64,000 nt of DNA from Octopus vulgaris (Eukaryota), in assembly GCA_951406725.2 (NCBI GenBank), contig OX597818.1:117924001-117988000 (forward strand). Direction: 5' to 3'. Positions 56,201 through 64,000 of the stretch are shown one piece after another; the first letter of the stretch is position 1, and every line of letters begins with the position of its first letter. A program made the position numbers and the translations under genes. Below the pieces are notes generated by a model that was not told the DNA's origin, did no database searches, and saw nothing but the letters and a program-made list of their open reading frames with translations.

Positions 56201-56836
56201 TATATATATATGTGTGTGTATGTATATATATATATGTATATATATATTTATGTATGTATGCATGTATGCATGTATGTGCAACATAAAAATTGAATAATTT
56301 CCAAAGGTGAAACCCTGTTTAATCCTCATCAGTTGAAAAGTATTGCCAATTTACATGGGACATAGATCATCAAAGTATTAGTTTGCATTGAAATTGAGTG
56401 AGTTCTTTTCCGATTTTAATCTAGTTTGTTTACCCTAAGTTCTGTTGATGTCCCTTTGGCGTACAAGTTCAGCATTATTTCTCCTTGGTTTATTCTGTCT
56501 AATTTTGTTCTCTGTTCATTTCCTATTTTTTGTTCCGTTAAAGATAATGTTCACAATTTACTGTATAATCATTAATGGCTACTGATGCTGCTCTTTATAG
56601 AGTATTACTGTTTCAGAACAAAGTTTTTCAAGAATGGTCTTATATACATTCACTGAATTTCTCTCTACTAGGAAATGCATTGTAAATTCAAATAATGCCT
56701 TTAATATACATGTGTCGTAAAATTTAAAATTAAGTCATAGTAGACTTTTCAAAATATCCCTTGTTTGATATCCGATAGACTTCATTAAATTTAATGCTAA
56801 AAGTGTGCGTATATATATATATACATATGCATATAC

Positions 56837-56871
<35 letters not shown>

Positions 56872-56892
56872 TATAAATATGCATATACATAA

Positions 56893-57171
56893 CTGTATCA
56901 CGTGATCACGTGACCGACCAGTCCATCAGATGTAGTTACACATCGCTGGTCACAATGCGTTCGCATTGTTTTAGCCTTCGAATGACGCCACCCCGCTGGC
57001 TAAGTGAGCAGGCCAACAGAAGAAAGAGTGAAAGAAAGAGTGGTGAAAGAGTACAGCAGGGATCACCACCCCCTGCCGGAGCCTCGTGGAGCTTTTAGGT
57101 GTTTTCGCTCAACAAACACTCACAACGCCCGCGAGTCCGCTGCCCTAACCACTAGGCCATTGCGCCTCCAC
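56893..57171 (-). mobile_element. SINE with a family A head and a different 3' tail
   Basis: Reverse complement begins GTGGAGGCGCAATGGCCTAGTGGTTAGGGCAGCGG as at 33597; the tail differs after the CTCT tract. Confidence 0.8.
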
Positions 57172-57191
57172 ACATAACTATATATATATGT

Positions 57192-57324
<133 letters not shown>

Positions 57325-58144
57325 ATATGAATAATAACGTGTTAATCCCAGCTCGGGTGGATCTAATATATAACATGTTTCTACTTCCAAATCGTTTCTA
57401 GATGACTGGGAATATCTGAAGTAATTTAGTTCTGATTACACGTCTAATTATTAGTGCAAACAGAACTTGTCAAATTATATGGAGATTTGTTAAGTAAATT
57501 TTGAAACTACAGGTCTGCGAAAGCAGTTAGTTTACGTACTACTAATTGCTTATTAATTTCAGATACACATACGTACTTTTATTTTCACCTCTAATCAACT
57601 CTACTGAATTAAGCATCTGGAAGGGCCTGTTACCTTGCATGCCAGGTTGTTGCATGTATTATTATGTTTATAGGTGAAATACGTAAAGGATTAAAAGCGA
57701 CTTCGAAGTAGTCAGATTTCTAATATATCATGCGTGTAATGCTTTACGATGATGCTTGCTAGAGACGTTTCATAACACTATTTCAGATATAATACAAAGT
57801 TTAATATGGGTAATGGTATCTCAAACTGAATGTTTGGTTTTAGCAATGTTTTACAAATCGTCATATGTACCGTAACATAATATGTGTGTGTGCGTGTGTG
57901 TGTGGTTGTGTGTCTGTGTTCTGTATGTACGAAGGGTATGGATTAATGATTACGGTGCTGCACATATGATCGTAAGTTGCGGTTTCGATTTCTGGATTGG
58001 GCAATGCGTTGTATTCTTGAGCAAATTACTTCATTTCACGTTGTCCCAGTTCACTCAAGTGGCAAAAATGAAACGAACCGGAGCCACGGATACCGGAAAA
58101 ACCTTAAAAAGCTACATAACTCGGAAAGTGTATTTATCCATTAG

Positions 58145-58238
<94 letters not shown>

Positions 58239-58751
58239 GGGAATATAACTCCAAACTTACAGGGAAAAATTCAATTTAGTATAAAATCAAATTTAACAAT
58301 ATAAATATATAATATATATAAATTACAGAAAAACCACTATTATGCAATTCAAACAAAATTAAGCATAAACCTAATCATATATACAGAATAAAATATATTT
58401 TAAAACATAACTAGATCACAAAAAGTACAATAATGAATAAACAATATATAATAAGTAAAAAGAACTACGTACGTTTATAATTTTAATTCGAATTACAATT
58501 AAATTTAAATTTAATCGAAAAACAATTCAATTAACATTTTTGTCACTCCTAAGGCTAATAATGATATCAATAATAGTTAAATAGATAAGCAAATAGAATT
58601 ATCATTTAAAATATTGTGTTGTAATACTTTGATTAATTTCTCCAATGTCAAATATATCAAGTGTGAGGCAGTTCAAGCTATAAATTTGTCCGTTTAACAT
58701 AATTCAAAGGAAAATAGATTCGAATGTGAAAACATATTTAAAGGAATTATA

Positions 58752-58796
<45 letters not shown>

Positions 58797-58883
58797 AAGG
58801 GTGAAAAGGAACACACGAGTTGATATATATGAAAAAACAAGTAAAAAATAGAAAATGCTAAAATAATTTTATAGTGAACATTT

Positions 58884-58921
58884 CAGTACCGGTTTCGGTC
58901 ATTTTGAGACCTTTTCAACTG
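58884..58921 (-). ncRNA. Minimal HHR motif (U3-A8 variant) in the 3' pseudo-LTR
   Basis: Reverse complement reads CAG TTGAAAA GGTC TCAAAAT GACC GAAAC CG GTA CTG. Confidence 0.7.
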
Positions 58922-59641
58922 TAACGATTAAATAATTAAATTTAGAAAAATTAGAAGAAAAGTTTTTTTAAAAGAATATTTCTATAGTAGTGTTCAGATT
59001 TAAGTGGCATTCTGCCTTTCTCTGACTCCCTTGTTTGCACTTGTGTGTTCGAGGTAGTTGTGAGTTCTTGGTAGGGTAGTAGAGGGAAGGCTGGTGAGGA
59101 AAGGGGGATGGGAGAATCTGGGAGTGCCCTGATGGTCGTATTTTGAATGGTCAGTGGCGGCTGGCAGTCTCAGTTCAATTCAGGAGAATATTTATATTGA
59201 CAGGCTTGTTTATAGAATTAGCGTATGTGTTATACTAAAAAACATTAGTGACAAACTTAAGGGGTAGGGGGTGGAGAAGAAGAAAAAGAAGAAGAAGGAG
59301 AAGGAGAAGGAGAAGATGACGATGATGGTGATGGTGGTGATGATTATGACGACGATGATGATGATAACGATGATGATGAAGAAGAAGAAGAAGAAGAAGA
59401 AGGAGGAGGAGAAGGAGAAGATGGTGGGGATGATGGTGGCGATGATGATGATGCCGATGATGATGATAACGATGATGATGAAGAAGAAGAGGAAGAAGAA
59501 GAAAAAGAAAAAAACAGAGAAGGGAGAATATGAATGGGTGTAAATATAGCTATGAAGGGGCTGATTAGTAATGGATTCTATGGAGTGTAGTATTTGTGTG
59601 TGTATATATATATTTTTCTTTTATTCTAAAGTTGAGGTATA

Positions 59642-60755
59642 TTAATTGTTTGTCGTAGACCCGTTAAGAAGTGGCTTGTATTTTGTAATAAAGAGATTTT
59701 CTTTACTTATTCGTTGTCTCGAGGTTGTATCGTCCCTAAATTGGTAGAGGGGAAAAATTCTGAAGTTTGGTGTTTTTTTTGTTGGCGCAAGTATCTATGT
59801 GTTGGCTAAAAGCTATTTTTCTGTTTTGGGGAATTTTTATCTGGGATCTGTGCAGGGCCATTCGTTTACGCAAACCATTTTTTGTTTGGCCTATGTACTG
59901 CTCTTGACACCCGGAGCAGGTTAGTGAGTATATTAGGTTCTCCGAAGCACATGTGAAGTTGCTTTTCACTGTAAAACGTTGTCCCTGTTTGAAGGAGAAC
60001 TCAGAACCCTCGATTAGATAGTCGCATATCCCGCAATTGGGTCTTCCATATTTTTTTACTGTCGGCTTCTGTGTTGAAGAGTCAATTCGGGCTTGTGTAA
60101 GGAGACTTTTCATGGATCTAGGCTGTCTTTTGCTTTTTATGATCGTGTGTGTTTGGAGGATTGTGTTCATTCTGTGGTCTTTTTTTAGGAGGGGTATGTT
60201 GTGGAGGATGGTGTCGAAGGCTTCGTTATTGAGAGGGTTGTGTGTGGAGATGTATGGTAAGGCTTTTGGTTGTAAGTTTTTCTTTGATTTGGGATGTCTC
60301 AGTTCCTTGATGTTAAGTTGAAGGGCACGTTGAATGCATTTGTCAATAAGTGAAGGTGGATAGTTCCTGGTGATTAGGGTATCTTTTAGTTCTTGTAGTC
60401 GTGTGTCTATGGTGTTTGCGTTAGAGACTATAGTGCATATCCTTTTTGCTAGATTGAAGGGGATATTCATCCTGGTGTGTCTGGGGTGGCATGAATTGAA
60501 TGGAAGATATTGCTTAGAGTCTGTAGGCTTATAGTATATGTCTGTTTCTATTATATTATTAGCTTTCTTAATGAGGATATCGAGGAAGGGGAGTTGTTGT
60601 TGGCTATATTCCATCGTGAATTGGATGTTTACGTCCAGTCCGTTTAAAATTTTCTGGAATTCTATGAGTTTTTCTATATTTTTATGCCAAAGGATGAAAC
60701 AGTCATCTAGATATCTCTTCCAGTTGTTTTCTATGTAGATGGAGAAAGGGCTGCC
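59642..60755 (-). pseudogene. PLE reverse transcriptase C-terminal half + GIY-YIG endonuclease (one frameshift near 59775)
   Basis: RYLDDCF, LPFLDI, YYKPTD, SCHPRH, linker (Y)GRPNCGIC, NLIYSLTCSGCQEQYIGQT..LRKRMALH; the shifted frame continues KENLFITKYKPLLN. Confidence 0.93.
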
Positions 60756-60863
60756 ATATCAGAGAAAGGCAGAATGCCACTTAAATCTGAACACTACTAT
60801 AGAAATATTCTTTTAAAAAACTTTTCTTCTAATTTTTCTAAATTTAATATTATTTAATCGTTA

Positions 60864-60901
60864 CAGTTGAAAAGGTCTCAAAATGACCGAAACCGGTACT
60901 G
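60864..60901 (+). ncRNA. Minimal HHR motif (U3-A8 variant) in the inverted pseudo-LTR
   Basis: CAG TTGAAAA GGTC TCAAAAT GACC GAAAC CG GTA CTG. Confidence 0.7.
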
Positions 60902-60950
60902 AAATGTTCACTATAAAATTATTTTAGCATTTTCTATTTTTTACTTGTTT

Positions 60951-61011
<61 letters not shown>

Positions 61012-61012
61012 A

Positions 61013-61100
61013 AGCGGAGGAGTGGCTGTGTCGTAAGTAGCTTGCTTACCATTGAGATGGTCCTGGGCTCAGTCCCACTGCATGGCACCTGCTATAGTTG

Positions 61101-61132
<32 letters not shown>

Positions 61133-61366
61133 GTGTCTGTGTCTGTGTCTGTGTATGTTTGTGTGTCTGTGTTTGTCTCCACAACATCTCTTGACAACCG
61201 ACGCCGGTGTGTTTCCGTCGCCGTACCTAGCGGTTCGACTAAAGAGATCGATAGAATAAGTACTAGGATTACAAAGAATATGCTCTGGTACTGATTAACT
61301 CGCCTGAAGGCGGTGCTCCAATATGGCCGCAGTAAAATGACTGAAACAAGTGAAAGAATAAAAGAG
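61013..61366 (+). mobile_element. SINE family B with an internal deletion
   Basis: Head and 3' half match the 9243 copy. Confidence 0.85.
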
Positions 61367-61389
61367 TCTGTGTGTGCGTGTGTACGAGC

Positions 61390-61426
<37 letters not shown>

Positions 61427-61936
61427 TGTGTGTGTGTATGGTGGTCGCATGTATGTGTGTGTACTTGTATGTGAGAAAGAGAGAGAGAGAGAGAGAGAGA
61501 ATTTGCCTGTGTGTATGTGTATGTATACTGAAGTGTTGGCAAATTTACACATGTAATTCCTTAGATAGAGCAGACGAAAAACAGACGCTAAGATATAGAT
61601 AAATACATATTTAATTTGATGCAATAAATTGTGAAACTTAACTACATATATTTTATTGCCTGCTGTATATTATGTATTAATAAAATGAATATAATTTTAC
61701 TTATCTCTTACTACTAACGTTGGGGAACACATCAGATTAAACAACTAAAAGAAATTTAAATAATTTGCTACTAAAAATAAGAAACAGTGAAAGGAGACGA
61801 TAAATCTGTCCAGACCGATCTATGAATACGCTGCCCCAGATTTGTTTGACCTCTCTATTATCAAGGGTATAGAGTAACCTAAATATATTGATGAACAATG
61901 GAAGTGCTTTCAGGATACCAATTGCATACATAAGAC

Positions 61937-61969
<33 letters not shown>

Positions 61970-62018
61970 TGTATGTATGTATGTATGTATGTATGTATGT
62001 ATGTATGTATGTATGTGC

Positions 62019-62060
<42 letters not shown>

Positions 62061-64000
62061 ACATACATATACATATATTTATATATATAAGATAACGAAG
62101 GCAGTGATATATATAGCATATACGTTTATGTGTCTGTGTATCTGTGTCTTTCCGTCTGTGTATACGTGTTGTCTGTCTGCATGTCTGTCTCTGTCTTTCT
62201 CTCTTTCTCTCTATCTCCCTCTCTCTCTCCCCCATTCTCTCTCTCTCTCCCCAATTCTCTCTCTCTCTCTGTATATATATATATGTGTCTGTTTAGACGT
62301 AAAATATACACGCATGCGTATTCATATATCTCAGTCTGTATACGTAAGGACTTATACAACACTGATATGTCTACGTGCCTAAATATGCGTATAATAACAG
62401 ACTCTTCTCTATATGTGCGTGTATATGTACATGTATGTATACGTAGCCAACAACGGTTTTAGAAGTAACCGAGTACCGTGTCTCCCCTGTGACAGAAATT
62501 GGATCCTCTAGACTTAAATGTGCTTAAAATGCAGTGAATATGACAATCCGTGCCAGCATTCATGAACCGGCTTCGTAGAGTACAGCAAGCTTTTTTCTAA
62601 AACGGCACTTACAGCAAGAGTTGTAGCAGAAATCATTCTTATGTGCTCAAATGAAATGGATCAAGTTGTGATCAGAATTATTAAGACCAGAGACGGCTAC
62701 GATACTAATAATAAAGTATATAAACTCTAAAGATCTTATCTTCTTACGATACACGACCGTTCTCAGAAGAATCAGACAAAAGGTAAAATGTAAAATGATG
62801 AATCAAAGACAAAAGCACACTACCTCTCCTCGTATATATTTTTAAAAGAATTCAGTCAAGTTGGTATGGTTTTGATGGCGAAGAAATAAACGTCAATGTA
62901 ACGGTATTCTAGAATGTTTCTTTATAAGCATCGATTTACAAGCATTTTTGTCTTGAGTGTGAGTGAAAAATAATGAATCGCAACCTATAAAGCAATTATA
63001 GGTTATGTCGTGACATATGAATCTAAGTATGGCAAAAACTAATGTACTTCATGAAATGATTAAGAAATTAGTCGGCCATGGCAAAATTTATTTGAGTATT
63101 ATAGACTAATACCAAATTGCAGTGGAAAAATATAAGAACTAGTAGTGCCTAGAAGAATTTTCCGAGCAACAATTAATACATTTGAATATTTCTGATGGCA
63201 AAACGATTTAGAGTTAGGAAACAATTCTTTGCAATGACGAAACAATGAATATGGAACCGAGGACATCTAAGCCGAAAACGCTTCAACAGAATAGAATGCA
63301 ATGTAACACGAATATATTTATTGCAAACATTCAATTAATGACGAAAGTCAATGACAAATATCACAAATTGATATTACGATGCAAGCTTCAAACCGAGTAG
63401 CATAAAGGAAAGAAATGATTCACGTGTAGAAACCAAACTAGAACTTTAAAATTTCAGTCTAATATTACTAAATCGCAGTTTCAAAAGTCTGCCGCTGTTT
63501 CTATTTTGTATTGTATTAACACTGTTAGAATGTGTTCTATATATATTGTCATCAATATCAACCGTACTACGATGATGGAAGTGTAAGGATATTACAGTTT
63601 TGCAACGAAATATATAGTTCAGTCCCATTCCGTAACACACTAGCAAAGTGTATCCTACAATGGTTTCAGTAAAGCAGGGCCTGGTAGTGAATTTGGTCGA
63701 CTGAAATTGTGTGGAAGTCTATATATATATTTTTTCACTCTATGAAAACTGGGAAAGGACCACAACCAGTCACAAGTTATTCACATAAAAACTGGAGAGC
63801 AAAACTTACATACGTTTGGAGGAAAGTTTCGTGTCTTGCAAATGATCTAAGTGCTTAAATCGATAAAATATATCACAAATATCGAGAATTCCCAAAAGAT
63901 GTTTTGAGTCAATGTATTCTAAAAGTGAAGTGACATTGTGTGTGTGTGTATGTGTGTGAGCAGGTATACATATTTGAAAGTATGGGTATATTTGCATTGA

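Larger units (their letters stand above)
58793..60954 (-). mobile_element. 5'-truncated Penelope-like element (Neptune-like) with inverted 5' pseudo-LTR
   Basis: RT + GIY-YIG ORF. 58831-59025 is inverted at 60759-60954, and both ends run into (TA)n. Confidence 0.93.

Noticed and set aside
59271-59543. 90-aa K/E/M-rich ORF
   Set aside because: It is a trinucleotide microsatellite inside the PLE 3' region, antisense to the element.

Overview
This is AT-rich, microsatellite-saturated animal genomic DNA. The repeat families look like those of an octopus or other coleoid cephalopod, which is my inference from recall and not a database result. Most ORFs in the supplied track are microsatellite translations. 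Only one host gene is supportable: a + strand spliced gene with a start exon at 25171-25205 that joins in phase to a ubiquitin-like-domain exon at 32379-32595, resembling the HOIL-1/SHARPIN Ubl. The rest is mobile DNA: three or more tRNA-derived SINE families, CR1, R4/Dong and RTE LINE fragments, mariner/Tc1/pogo/MULE remnants, and a 5'-truncated Penelope-like element (PLE; RT plus GIY-YIG) with an inverted pseudo-LTR. The most notable signal is about a dozen minimal hammerhead-ribozyme (HHR) motifs in several unrelated PLE-type termini, many abutting microsatellites. They include a U3-A8 core covariant, recurrent C4 variants, and a module of tRNA-like Pol III head + (AAT)n + HHR that is fused to a PLE endonuclease tail. 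Ribozyme calls come from visual motif matching; none was folded computationally or tested.
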